A DNA stretch of 64,000 bases, taken from Thermoleophilia bacterium. GTDB lineage: Bacteria; Actinomycetota; Thermoleophilia; RBG-16-64-13. The notes beneath the pieces are model-generated. The model was not told the origin of the DNA. It did no database searches and saw only the letters and a program-made list of their open reading frames with translations. This document shows, piece after piece, positions 11,434 to 21,005 of this stretch; positions within the stretch are counted from its first letter, which is position 1; each line of letters begins with the position of its first letter. The position numbers and the translations under genes were made by a program. The stretch lies in NCBI GenBank assembly GCA_050943595.1, contig JBMNPM010000001.1, positions 112,794 to 176,793 on the forward strand, read 5' to 3'.

Positions 11434-12450
11434 TTGTATATGAAACGCGTGTCTCTTATCGTGTTGACGCTGCTGTTGGCGGTGTCGGTAGTCGCCTGTG
11501 GGGGCGACGCGTCGACAGAGTCAACGACCCCGAGATCAACGGCGTCGGGGTCGGTGCCGGTGACCCTCATGCTCGATTGGGTGCCGAACACCAATCACAC
11601 AGGTGTCTATGTCGCTCAGCAGAAGGGGTATTTCAAGGAGGCTGGGCTCAACGTCAAGATCGTTGAACCCGGTGAGGTCTACCCGGAGGGAGCGGTCGCC
11701 AGTGGTGCTGCCGATTTCGGCATCAGCTTCCAGGAGTCTGTCACCCTTGCTCGGGCTGAGGGTGCGCCCATTGTTTCTGTTGCCGCAGTACTTCAGCACA
11801 ATACGTCGGGCTTCGCTTCGCTCGCCGGTCTCGGCGTTGCCGGACCGGCGGATTTTGAAGGGTTGCATTATGGTGCCTGGGGATCGCCCTCTGAGATTCC
11901 CACCTTAAAAGCCCTCATGGAAGGTGTGGGTGCCGATTTCAACAGGCTGAAGATGGTGACCACCGGTTTTGCGGATGCGCTTGCGCTTTTATCTCAGAAA
12001 CAGGTGGATCTGGTGTGGATCTACTACGGTTGGCAGGGCATCCAGGCGAAGCAACAAGGTATCGACCTCGACATCGTCATGATGCAGGACTATCTGGATT
12101 CCGTCCCTGATTTCTACACGCCTGTGGTGATCGCCGGAGAGTCGACTATTGCTCAGAGACCCGACACGGTGAAAAGGCTCATCGGGGCGCTGTCCCGTGG
12201 GTATACGTTCGCGGCTCAGAATCCGGACGAAGCGGCGGATATCCTCATGGCGGCGGCGCCGGAGTTGGACAAGGAGTTGGTTAAAGAGAGCCAGAGGTGG
12301 ATCTCACCTTACTACATAGCCGAAGCGCCTCGCTGGGGGGAGCAGAAGGAGAGTGTCTGGCAGGGCTATTCCGACTGGCTGGCCAAGAACGGTGTTGTCG
12401 CCTCCTCAGACGATGTCAAGAAAGCATTCACGAACCAATTCTTGCCTTGA
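11434..12450 (+). CDS. ABC substrate-binding lipoprotein, NMT1/THI5 (ThiY-like) family
   Basis: Lipobox 'VVACGG' and NMT1-like SBP fold features. Sits in the thiamine operon. Confidence 0.75.
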   Translation: MYMKRVSLIVLTLLLAVSVVACGGDASTESTTPRSTASGSVPVTLMLDWVPNTNHTGVYVAQQKGYFKEAGLNVKIVEPGEVYPEGAVASGAADFGISFQESVTLARAEGAPIVSVAAVLQHNTSGFASLAGLGVAGPADFEGLHYGAWGSPSEIPTLKALMEGVGADFNRLKMVTTGFADALALLSQKQVDLVWIYYGWQGIQAKQQGIDLDIVMMQDYLDSVPDFYTPVVIAGESTIAQRPDTVKRLIGALSRGYTFAAQNPDEAADILMAAAPELDKELVKESQRWISPYYIAEAPRWGEQKESVWQGYSDWLAKNGVVASSDDVKKAFTNQFLP

Positions 12451-13208
12451 TACCGCGGATCGAACTACGACACGTGAGTAAGACGTTCGTGGGCGGCGGC
12501 CGCGTTGTTCCGGCACTGCGCGATGTCTCTTTCCAGGTGATGCCTGGGGAGTTCATCACCATCATAGGGGCCAGCGGCAGCGGCAAGAGCACGTTGTTCA
12601 ACCTCTGCGTGGGGCTGCTTGAGCCGGATGAAGGTGCGATCGTCATCGACGGTGTGGAGCCTGAGAAGCGTCTGGGCATGGTTGGCTACATGCCTCAACG
12701 CGACCTGCTGCTGCCTTGGCGAAGTGTCCTGGATAACGTACTCCTGCCGCGGGATGTCAGAGGCATTCCGCGGCAGGAGTCGCGGCACGAGGCGCTGGGG
12801 ATGTTGGAGTACTTTGGATTGAGTGGCTTTGAGCAGGACTATCCGTCCGCGCTGTCTGGGGGTATGCGCCAACGTGCCGCCCTACTGCGGACCTGGCTCA
12901 CAGATTGCGACACCTTGCTATTGGATGAACCATTCGGAGCGCTGGACGCTCTCACGCGTAAGGAGCTCCAGGATTGGCTGCTGCACGTGTGGGAAGAGTT
13001 CGGAAGAACGGTGATGTTTATTACCCATGATGTAGAGGAGGCCGTTTATCTTGCCGACCGAGTGATCGTTCTCAGCTCCCGTCCGGGTACGGTGCAGCGG
13101 GAACTGACCGTGGATCTACCCCGACCCCGCCGGCAGGGGATGGTTGCAGAGCCCGGCTTCGGTATCTACGTCCGGGATCTACTGCGGGATCTGGGCGTCG
13201 ATACGTGA
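12447..13208 (+). CDS. ABC transporter ATP-binding protein (ThiZ-like)
   Basis: Walker A 'GASGSGKST', signature 'LSGGMRQR', Walker B 'LLLDEPFGALD'. The start is likely a TTG at 12447 or a GTG at 12474. The ORF-track start at 12297 overlaps the SBP gene. Confidence 0.8.
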   Translation: MIPRIELRHVSKTFVGGGRVVPALRDVSFQVMPGEFITIIGASGSGKSTLFNLCVGLLEPDEGAIVIDGVEPEKRLGMVGYMPQRDLLLPWRSVLDNVLLPRDVRGIPRQESRHEALGMLEYFGLSGFEQDYPSALSGGMRQRAALLRTWLTDCDTLLLDEPFGALDALTRKELQDWLLHVWEEFGRTVMFITHDVEEAVYLADRVIVLSSRPGTVQRELTVDLPRPRRQGMVAEPGFGIYVRDLLRDLGVDT

Positions 13209-13236
13209 CGCCTGCGGCTTCGTTTTCACCGGCCTT

Positions 13237-14976
13237 CTAGCGGTAGAAACGGATCTCGGTCAACTCCACTCCCCAGCGGCCGTTGCTGAGTTCGGCCATC
13301 TGTGTCAACCAGATACGGCCTGACGTGATGCCTTCCCGTAGGGTGAGGATCTGCGAAGTGTGCCCCGCGAGCACGGCCAGGCGGGCCGAGGCGTCGGAGG
13401 AGACATCCTGCAGCAGTTCTCCCTTCCACCCCTCGACGGTAGATGTGATCTCAATGACGGTGGCCTTCTCTGCGAGCGTGAACCGAAGTCCTACGCCCGT
13501 CTTGTCTATGCTGCCGAAGGTGCTGGATCGATAGGGTTCGGTCGTCCAGCCGGTAGACTCATCACCGTCGGTGAGGCGTGCGATGAGCTCTGGATTCTCT
13601 TGCTCGTCCCCCTCCGGGTCGTAGTCCTCCATCTTGGTCACTTTGACGGGCTGAGGCTTTCTGGCCACGGTGAGGCGGAGGATGTCGTCGGCGCCCTCGC
13701 CGGCGGGCGGATCCTGCTCGAGTACCAGACCTGTCGGTTGGTCGAAGGAGGGGACCTGATAGGCCATCTCTACTTTCATGTCCTTCTGCTCAGCCAGCTT
13801 CTGCGCCTCGTCAAAGTGTAGGCCTACGACGTCGGGGGCCTTGTCGTCACCCAGAGCGAGTAGGAGTACCACGACGATGATGACAATGAGGAGTGCTGTG
13901 GCGCCCACCATGCGCCAGCGTTGTATGGTTCGCTTCTTGCGCGCTAGGGCACGTGCCTGCATGCGGCTGGGGGCGGATCTCGCGGCGCCGTCTGCCCGTC
14001 GGGCCACGGATGTGGGTGGGACGCCCGCCGGGATGCGGCGGAAGCGAGTCGCTTCTTCGCCGGTTCGCCTGTGTAGGCGGCGGTGCTCTCGGGCTTCAGG
14101 TACTCTTTGAAGTGTGTATAGGCCGAGGCCCACAAGGGCGCCGAGGAGTTCGTCCATGGAGGAGAATCTGTCTTCGGGACGTTTCTCCAGGCAGCGCATT
14201 ACCACTTTCTCCAGGCCGGGCGGCAGGTCGGTTCGGGTTTTCCGAGCTTCCGACAACGGCACGGGTGGCGTGCTCAGATGTTGTCGCGCGATTTCGGGCA
14301 TGCTGTTGCCATCGAACGGAGGATGGCCGACCAACATCTCATACATGACGATGCCAAGGGAGTAGATGTCGGAACGGGCATCGACCGGTTTGCTGCGCAC
14401 CTGCTCGGGCGACATATACCGCGCACTGCCTATGATCGATCCGGCCCGTGTTACCCGGGTCCAATCTGTCCCGGTAGCGATGCCGAAGTCGGTCACCTTC
14501 GCGTGGTTGTGTCTGTCGATGAGGATGTTCTGCGGCTTGACGTCGCGGTGGATGATGCCGGCGAGATGAGCCACTGCCAGTCCTTCGGCCGCCTGGCCGG
14601 CTATGTGCCCGGCCTCCGCCGCAGGCAGAGGGCCGTTGCGGGTCGATTCCTTTAAGGAGCGCCCCTCAACGTATTCGAACACCAGGTAGTCTTCCTTATC
14701 GGTTGAACCGCGATCGATGAGGGTGACCAGGTTGGGGTGGGATAGTTGTGCCAGGGCTCGACCTTCGCGGTCGAAGCGGGCCCTGGTCCGGGCGTCTTCG
14801 TTGAGGGGCGGCTCGAGCCACTTGACGGCCACGTTTCGTTCCAGACGAGTATCCCAAGCCTGATAGACGACGCACATGCCTCCTCGTCCCAAGATCCGGC
14901 CCAGTCGATACCGGTTTTTGAGGAGGGGAGTGTTCTTGTTCTGGTCATCTTGTTTCTGATCGCGAGTGTCTGCCAT
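13237..14976 (-). CDS. Ser/Thr protein kinase with TM helix, PASTA domain and C-terminal discoidin/galactose-binding-like domain
   Basis: Hanks kinase motifs 'HRDVKPQNIL', 'DFGIA' and 'GSARYMSPEQ'. A TM helix 'ALLIVIIVVVLLLAL', then a PASTA-like segment and a ~170-aa C-terminal domain. Confidence 0.85.
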   Translation of the reverse strand: MADTRDQKQDDQNKNTPLLKNRYRLGRILGRGGMCVVYQAWDTRLERNVAVKWLEPPLNEDARTRARFDREGRALAQLSHPNLVTLIDRGSTDKEDYLVFEYVEGRSLKESTRNGPLPAAEAGHIAGQAAEGLAVAHLAGIIHRDVKPQNILIDRHNHAKVTDFGIATGTDWTRVTRAGSIIGSARYMSPEQVRSKPVDARSDIYSLGIVMYEMLVGHPPFDGNSMPEIARQHLSTPPVPLSEARKTRTDLPPGLEKVVMRCLEKRPEDRFSSMDELLGALVGLGLYTLQRVPEAREHRRLHRRTGEEATRFRRIPAGVPPTSVARRADGAARSAPSRMQARALARKKRTIQRWRMVGATALLIVIIVVVLLLALGDDKAPDVVGLHFDEAQKLAEQKDMKVEMAYQVPSFDQPTGLVLEQDPPAGEGADDILRLTVARKPQPVKVTKMEDYDPEGDEQENPELIARLTDGDESTGWTTEPYRSSTFGSIDKTGVGLRFTLAEKATVIEITSTVEGWKGELLQDVSSDASARLAVLAGHTSQILTLREGITSGRIWLTQMAELSNGRWGVELTEIRFYR

Positions 14977-15065
14977 GGGCCTGCCTAATGGGTCCTGATG
15001 ACGCTTTGCTATGGGTCGACCAAATACTATGATAGTACGTGTAGACGGTTTGGAGGTGATGACTC

Positions 15066-15266
15066 GTGATCTACTACGTGATCCCGCGCGAACTGGCGGA
15101 TAAGTACTACGAAGAATTCAAGAAGCGCTTCGAGGGTGTCGAAGGCGTGGAAGTCATAATCGACCGTCGTGAGCATGACCGTCGCGGAAACTCTCAAGGC
15201 GGAGGGCAGCGTGTGCTGCGGGACCGCCGGCGTCGTCGGGCCTACGGCTCGTTCTTGGACGTGTAA
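15066..15266 (+). CDS. small Arg-rich hypothetical protein (66 aa), first gene of the AmmeMemoRadiSam operon
   Basis: GTG start with a GGAGG RBS 10 nt upstream. Its stop lies 6 nt before the PHP gene. Sequence is 'MIYYVIPRELADKYYEEFKKRFEG...RDRRRRRAYGSFLDV'. Confidence 0.5.
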   Translation: MIYYVIPRELADKYYEEFKKRFEGVEGVEVIIDRREHDRRGNSQGGGQRVLRDRRRRRAYGSFLDV

Positions 15267-15271
15267 GTACG

Positions 15272-15964
15272 GTGCCTGCCGGATTCAAGCTGGATCTCCA
15301 TAATCACACGAACTATTCGTCGGATGGTGTGTTGCCGCCGGCCGCTCTGTTGAATATGGCCAAGCAGCGTGGTCTCGATTGCCTGGCGATCACCGACCAT
15401 GATTCGGTTCGTGGCGCTCTGGAGGCAGCTTCACTGGCTTTGGCCGATCCGACTCTTCCTCGAGTCATTCCCGGCGTGGAATTGACCACTCGGGTGGGAG
15501 AGATCATCGGTCTCTACGTGAGTGAGGATATTCCCAAGCGGCTACCGCTCAACGAGGCCGTGACCCGTATCCGGGAACAGGGCGGACTCGTTTATCTTCC
15601 GCACCCGTTTGATTATCTGCGCCGTGGGACCATTTCCCCTCGTGAGCGTCTCCGGGCTGCACAGTGGGCCGACATCATAGAAGTCGTCAACGGACGCTCA
15701 CTGGGGCCGGGGCCGGCCAAGAAGGCGGCTGCGCTGGCGGAGAAGCTTGGTAAGCCGGCAGGCGCCGGGAGCGATGCCCACTGGCCGTCGGAAGTTGGCA
15801 CGGTATACGTCGTGACCGCGGCTCTACCGACGGTGGAGACGCTGGTCGACTTACTTGCAGCGGGGCATGTGCAGGGGGGTATGCGATCGCGGCAGTACGT
15901 GCTCAATTGGGGGTTGAAGAGCTTGGCGCCGGTCACGCGTTTGCGTAGCCGCCTACCCTCATGA
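15272..15964 (+). CDS. PHP-domain phosphoesterase
   Basis: 'LDLHNHTNYSSDG' and 'ITDHD' PHP metal-binding motifs. 4-nt overlap with the radical SAM gene. Confidence 0.75.
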   Translation: MPAGFKLDLHNHTNYSSDGVLPPAALLNMAKQRGLDCLAITDHDSVRGALEAASLALADPTLPRVIPGVELTTRVGEIIGLYVSEDIPKRLPLNEAVTRIREQGGLVYLPHPFDYLRRGTISPRERLRAAQWADIIEVVNGRSLGPGPAKKAAALAEKLGKPAGAGSDAHWPSEVGTVYVVTAALPTVETLVDLLAAGHVQGGMRSRQYVLNWGLKSLAPVTRLRSRLPS

Positions 15965-17043
15965 TCGTGACTGAACCCATGCAGGCCGCCCTGTGGGAGG
16001 AGTGGTGTTCCTCAGGAAAGATCCACTGTTTTCTCTGCGCTCATCATTGCCGTATCGGGCCGGGTGAGCGGGGTCTCTGTGGAGTACGCGAGAACCGTGA
16101 GGGTGCACTGTACACCCTGGTATATGGATGTCCCATATCGACGGCTGCTGATCCCATCGAGAAGAAGCCGTTGTTTCACTTTCTGCCCGGCACGTCCAGC
16201 TACTCCATTGCCACGGTGGGGTGTAACTTCAGGTGTTCGTTCTGCCAGAACGCCGATATCAGCCAGATGCCTCGCGGCGGCGGCCGGGTAGCGGGTGGGG
16301 TGATGCCGCCTGAGCAGGTGGTCTCCGCCGCCCGCAGGGCCGGTTGCCGGAGTATCTCCTTCACTTACACCGAGCCCACCATCTTCTACGAGTACGCTCG
16401 GGATTGCGCCCGCCTGGCCACTTCCCAGGGTCTCAAGAATATCTTAGTCACCAACGGCTACATGACAAGACAGATGCTGGCCGATCTGGACGGGGACCTA
16501 CACGCGGCCAACGTCGATCTCAAGTCGTTCTCCGACGAGTTCTATCGTACGATGACAGGCGCCCGTCTCCAGCCCGTTCTGGATTCGATCCGCCGTCTGC
16601 ACGAGATGGGTGTCTGGTTAGAAGTCACGACGCTGCTCATCCCCGGCTATAACGACAGCGCGGATGAGCTGCGCGCATTGGCTCGTTTCTTGGTGTCGGT
16701 GTCCCCCGACATCCCCTGGCACGTCTCGCGCTTTTCTCCCTGCTACCGATTATTGGACGTGCCGCCTACTTCTCGCTCCTCGCTTGAGGAGGCGTGGCGC
16801 ATCGGCCATGACATGGGTCTACACTATGTATACCTCGGGAACATCCCCGGCTCTGGCTTCGAATCCACCGTATGTCCGGGGTGTGGGGAGGTCGTTATCG
16901 AGCGCCGGGGTTTTGCCATACGGGCCGACAGGCTGAAAGATGGCACATGCCCTCATTGTAGACGGTGTATCGCCGGCATGTCGGATGGCGAAGTTCTGAT
17001 CGCCCGGTCGTCTCAAGGGAGGAAGAAGTATGACCCTACTTAG
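15961..17043 (+). CDS. AmmeMemoRadiSam system radical SAM enzyme
   Basis: 'CNFRCSFCQN' CxxxCxxC motif, an N-terminal Cys cluster 'CFLCAHHCRIG...GLCGVR', and 'DPIEKKPLFHF'. Confidence 0.85.
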   Translation: MIVTEPMQAALWEEWCSSGKIHCFLCAHHCRIGPGERGLCGVRENREGALYTLVYGCPISTAADPIEKKPLFHFLPGTSSYSIATVGCNFRCSFCQNADISQMPRGGGRVAGGVMPPEQVVSAARRAGCRSISFTYTEPTIFYEYARDCARLATSQGLKNILVTNGYMTRQMLADLDGDLHAANVDLKSFSDEFYRTMTGARLQPVLDSIRRLHEMGVWLEVTTLLIPGYNDSADELRALARFLVSVSPDIPWHVSRFSPCYRLLDVPPTSRSSLEEAWRIGHDMGLHYVYLGNIPGSGFESTVCPGCGEVVIERRGFAIRADRLKDGTCPHCRRCIAGMSDGEVLIARSSQGRKKYDPT

Positions 17044-17884
17044 TTGCTATATCACCCCGCACCCGCCCATCGTGGTCCCCGAAGTAGGGGGAGAAGAAGT
17101 GGCGCAGGTGAATGCCACCTATCAGGCTCTACGTACGCTGGGCCGCAGAGTGGCTCTGCTTGAACCGGACACCATCGTAGTGTTGTCTCCCCACAGCCCT
17201 ATGGCGCGCTTTGGGATGGGTGTGTCATTGGCCTCGTCCTTTCGAGGTTCGCTGGTTCACTTCCGGGCACCCCAGGTACGTCTTGAGGTGGCGGCCGACG
17301 TGCAGGTAGCCCGGGCCATCAACGACGATGCGGTCGCTCGCGGCATACCCATGGCTGTGACGGCATCGCCTGGGACCACTATGGATCTGGATCACGGAGC
17401 CATGGTCCCTCTCTATTTCTTGACCGCTGATTTGACGCGCCCGTACAAGCTGGTGTTGTTGTCCTTCTCGCATCTGAGCCTTGAGGAACACGTTCGCTTC
17501 GGCCGGATCATAGGACGGGTGTTGATGGCGAGTTCGGCCGGGATCGTGTATGTGGCAAGTGGCGATCTGAGTCATCGCCTCTGCCAGGGGGCTCCGGCCG
17601 GCTTCGATCCCCGGGGGGCGGATTTTGACCGGGCGGTGACCACTTTCTTTGCGGCGGGAGACTGGGAAGCGCTGCTGAGTATTGAACCGGGGACGGTGGA
17701 CGCGGCCGGAGAATGCGGTTACCGTTCATTGGCTGTGCTCTCCGGCATCATCGAGACGGTCACCGGCGCCGGTGACCGCACAGAGAACCATCTTCTCTCC
17801 TATGAAGGACCTTTTGGGGTGGGCTATTTGGTGGGGGAGATCAACATCATGAACGCAGATCCGCAAACGGAGAGTGTCCCATGA
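17030..17884 (+). CDS. LigB/Memo-superfamily protein (AmmeMemoRadiSam system protein B position; class III extradiol dioxygenase-like)
   Basis: 'ITPHPPIVVPE' and 'ASGDLSHRL' motifs. 14-nt overlap with the radical SAM gene and 4-nt overlap with the AMMECR1 gene. Confidence 0.65.
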   Translation: MTLLSCYITPHPPIVVPEVGGEEVAQVNATYQALRTLGRRVALLEPDTIVVLSPHSPMARFGMGVSLASSFRGSLVHFRAPQVRLEVAADVQVARAINDDAVARGIPMAVTASPGTTMDLDHGAMVPLYFLTADLTRPYKLVLLSFSHLSLEEHVRFGRIIGRVLMASSAGIVYVASGDLSHRLCQGAPAGFDPRGADFDRAVTTFFAAGDWEALLSIEPGTVDAAGECGYRSLAVLSGIIETVTGAGDRTENHLLSYEGPFGVGYLVGEINIMNADPQTESVP

Positions 17885-18417
17885 GTGGAAACGTAGAGCG
17901 CCCTGCCGACTCCGTGGTGTCCCTGGCACGGCGGGCCGTCGAAGCCTACGTACGGGATGGGGAGGTCGTCGAGCCGGCTGAGATCCCCGAGCTGGAACCG
18001 CGGCGGGCGGGGGTTTTTGTGTCGCTACATCTGAGGGACGGATCGTTGCGGGGCTGTATCGGCACCCTACAGGCTACCTGTGACACCATTGAGAAGGAGA
18101 TCGTGAGCAACGCCGTCAGCGCCGCGACTCGTGATCCACGTTTCATGCCCCTGTCCCCGGACGAACTCGAGGGGCTTGATGTATCGGTGGATGTGCTCGG
18201 ATCGTCCGAGGAGGTGTCTGGCGTCGAGGATCTTGATCCCAAAAAATACGGTCTGATCGTGCGCACGGAAGACGGCCGGCAGGCTCTGCTCCTGCCCGAT
18301 CTGGAGGGCGTGGATACGGCTGAGCAGCAGCTACGGTTCACCTGCCGCAAGGGTGGGATCAACCCGAAGCGCGATCGTTACCGGCTCTTTCGCTTTCAGG
18401 TGGATCGCTATCACTAA
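17881..18417 (+). CDS. AMMECR1-domain protein (AmmeMemoRadiSam system protein A)
   Basis: 'LRGCIGT' AMMECR1 signature, 178 aa. Confidence 0.8.
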   Translation: MSGNVERPADSVVSLARRAVEAYVRDGEVVEPAEIPELEPRRAGVFVSLHLRDGSLRGCIGTLQATCDTIEKEIVSNAVSAATRDPRFMPLSPDELEGLDVSVDVLGSSEEVSGVEDLDPKKYGLIVRTEDGRQALLLPDLEGVDTAEQQLRFTCRKGGINPKRDRYRLFRFQVDRYH

Positions 18418-18541
18418 ACTGGGGGGCTTCGTTTTTCGGCGACCTCCCAGCGTCCCTGAGCCCAAACCCGTCCTTTGCATGGGTTCGGTCCTAGGTTATG
18501 ATAATTTTACACATAGTGAGCATCAGTGATAGGGAGTATCC

Positions 18542-18958
18542 GTGTCGATTTATGCACCCGGGGCTGTAGTCTTGAGCTCCAAGTTTCGTAAGCCCAGGCT
18601 CTTCCGATTCTCGCTCACGCGTCATCTGGTCTGGCGCGCCCTACTGAAGATTTTATACCGCGCCACCCATATCAAACACGGTAACCTTTGGGAGTACAAA
18701 CTCGGTTACAGCGTGCGTGACGTGGTGGGCGACAAGAGCCGGGCTGTGAAGGACCAGATGGAAGTATTTGCCCAAGCTGTACAAAAAGCGGGATCCTATA
18801 AGGCCAAAGATGAGGCTACGCGTGCTTTCCGCGCCGTTATGGAGGCTCTGAACGATCGCGTACCTCCCGACGTACTTATAAAACTGAGTGAGTCGCTCCC
18901 CGTGCGCGAGGCCGCCCGTCTGCGCCGCGCCGCCACTCAGAAACTGAACAAGAGCTGA
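18542..18958 (+). CDS. hypothetical protein, possibly DUF2267-like
   Basis: GTG start with an AGGGAG RBS and an AT-rich -10 region upstream. A helical repeat 'AFRAVMEALNDRVPPDVLIKLSESLP' resembles DUF2267. Confidence 0.4.
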   Translation: MSIYAPGAVVLSSKFRKPRLFRFSLTRHLVWRALLKILYRATHIKHGNLWEYKLGYSVRDVVGDKSRAVKDQMEVFAQAVQKAGSYKAKDEATRAFRAVMEALNDRVPPDVLIKLSESLPVREAARLRRAATQKLNKS

Positions 18959-19040
18959 GAGGCTGCTGGGACGGACGCCCAAGTATTAGCCGATGTGTGA
19001 GAGTCGACGGGCCGGCGTGGACCTCGTTACGATGGTGCGT

Positions 19041-20489
19041 TCAGCCTTTCACTACTCCTAAGGGCCGTAGGCGGGCTACTCGAGGCGAGATGCCTGCACG
19101 GTGCATCACACCGACGACCTGCTCTACGTCCTTGTACGCCTCCGGCATCTCTTCGCCCAGCGTCTTGGGGCCCTGGGAGCGAACTACTATGCCTGCAGCC
19201 GACAATTCGCGGTCAATGGCTCTGCCACGGGCGCGTTTAAGGGCTTGGCTCCGGCTCATCACTCGTCCCGCACCGTGACATGTGGAGCCGAAGGTCTGTG
19301 TCATGGCCTCCGCAGTGCCCTTACACACGAAGGAGGCGGTGCCCATATCCCCTGGGATGAGGACCGGCTGGCCGACTTCTCGATAGTCGTCCGGCACGTC
19401 GGTGTGGCCCGGGGCAAAGGCTCGGGTAGCTCCTTTTCTGTGCACACAGGCTCTGATGGTTGTACCGTTCAGGTCATGGGTTTCGAGCTTAGCGATGTTG
19501 TGGGCTACGTCGTATACCAGCCGTAGACCCAACTCGCGGGGAGAGATGCGCAGGGCGTGAAGGATGGCTTTCTCCACCAGGTGCATGATTATCTGGCGGT
19601 TGGTCCAGGCATAGTTGGCCGCACAGGCCATCGCAGCCAGGTAGCGGCGGCCTTCCGGTGAGGCCACGGGGGCGCAAACCAATTGACGATCGGGAAGCTC
19701 GATCTTGTAGCGGCGGCTCGCCTCAGCCATGACCTTCAGGTAGTCCTCGCAGATCTGATACCCGAGACCTCGTGAGCCGCAGTGGATCATGATGGTCAAT
19801 TGCCCTTCGTGGAGGCCGTAGGCTGCGGCCGCCCGGCGGTCAAAGACGGTCTCGACCACCTGCAGTTCGAGGAAATGGTTGCCCGAACCCAAAGTGCCCA
19901 ACTGATCGGCCCCGCGTGTGTAGGCACGTTCGCTCACCATCGCCGGATCGGCTCCGGCCAGAGCGCCGTGGTCCTCGGTGTGCTCCAGGTCGGCTGCTGC
20001 ACCGTAACCCTGTTCCACCGCCCAGCCTGCACCTTGTATCAGCACTCGCTCCAGTTCGCTGCGGGCCAGGCGGGCGATCGCTCCCTTGGAGCCCACTCCC
20101 GAGGGCACGTCTCGGAACATCTGCTCAATCAGACGGGGCTCCTTTCCTGTGATGCTCTCGGTGGTGAGGTCGGTGGCCAAGAGCCGGCAGCCACAGTTGA
20201 TGTCGTAGCCGACTCCGCCGGGTGATATCACACCGTCATCCACGCTGAACGCCGCCACCCCCCCGATGGGGAAGCCGTAGCCGAAGTGGATGTCGGGCAT
20301 GGCCAGCGAGTAGCGGACGATCCCGGGTAGCTGGGCCACGTTGCTCACCTGGGTCAGGCTTGAGTCGTCCCGCAGCGCCTGCATGAGCTCGTCGTCGGCG
20401 TAGATACGCCCCGGCACGCGCATGACCTCCGTCGGAGGCAGTTCCCAGACTACTTCATCAATGCGCCGTGGTGCTCTCATCCCACTCAT
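19041..20489 (-). CDS. rtcB: RNA-splicing ligase RtcB
   Basis: 482 aa with the RtcB motifs 'HCGSRGLG' and 'HNIA', and catalytic His 'HGAGR'. Confidence 0.9.
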   Translation of the reverse strand: MSGMRAPRRIDEVVWELPPTEVMRVPGRIYADDELMQALRDDSSLTQVSNVAQLPGIVRYSLAMPDIHFGYGFPIGGVAAFSVDDGVISPGGVGYDINCGCRLLATDLTTESITGKEPRLIEQMFRDVPSGVGSKGAIARLARSELERVLIQGAGWAVEQGYGAAADLEHTEDHGALAGADPAMVSERAYTRGADQLGTLGSGNHFLELQVVETVFDRRAAAAYGLHEGQLTIMIHCGSRGLGYQICEDYLKVMAEASRRYKIELPDRQLVCAPVASPEGRRYLAAMACAANYAWTNRQIIMHLVEKAILHALRISPRELGLRLVYDVAHNIAKLETHDLNGTTIRACVHRKGATRAFAPGHTDVPDDYREVGQPVLIPGDMGTASFVCKGTAEAMTQTFGSTCHGAGRVMSRSQALKRARGRAIDRELSAAGIVVRSQGPKTLGEEMPEAYKDVEQVVGVMHRAGISPRVARLRPLGVVKG

Positions 20490-20524
20490 CTTCTACTCAT
20501 CTCCTACTTAGCTCATCGTCCACG

Positions 20525-20977
20525 TCACACGTCGAGTAGTACCGTCGCCACCCATCCCTGGTCCGGTGTATGGGCGGCCGTCAATTGGTGATAGGTGACC
20601 GCTTTGACCTCGGCAAACAAGGGGTGCCGTAGTGGATCGACGGTCTCTCCCCACAGATGGGCCTCGGCCAGGAGATGAGGAGTCTCGGCTCGTGGCGTCA
20701 TTGGGCCTGTCTGCACGTCGACGCGCGCACCGGCGGCGACGAAACCATCGACCTCGAACCGAAACAACGCTTCGGCCAGTAGGGCGCGCAACGTGGTCTC
20801 CACCGAGGGGCCGGTGACCTTCAAGACCAGTTCGTTATCGGGCTGAACGGTCTTTACATCAGTTATCTGCCGGTACAGGGCATAGAGGGCGTTCTCGAGA
20901 AGCTCGTTGACCACCCGGCCGTGGATCTCCAGAAAGAGATCGGCCGGGTGGTCGAGGTCGGTATAGGCGCAGCTCAT
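20525..20977 (-). CDS. archease (RtcB activator)
   Basis: 'YTDLDHPADLFLEIHG' matches the archease N-terminus. The start is probably the second Met. The ORF track begins at 21001. Confidence 0.7.
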   Translation of the reverse strand: MSCAYTDLDHPADLFLEIHGRVVNELLENALYALYRQITDVKTVQPDNELVLKVTGPSVETTLRALLAEALFRFEVDGFVAAGARVDVQTGPMTPRAETPHLLAEAHLWGETVDPLRHPLFAEVKAVTYHQLTAAHTPDQGWVATVLLDV

Positions 20978-21005
20978 GTCCCTGTCTATCCAGAGAAGCA
21001 TGTCT

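Noticed and set aside
12297-12446. N-terminal 50-aa extension of the ABC ATPase ORF
   Set aside because: It overlaps the substrate-binding-protein gene in another frame. The ATPase domain begins at ~12447-12474.
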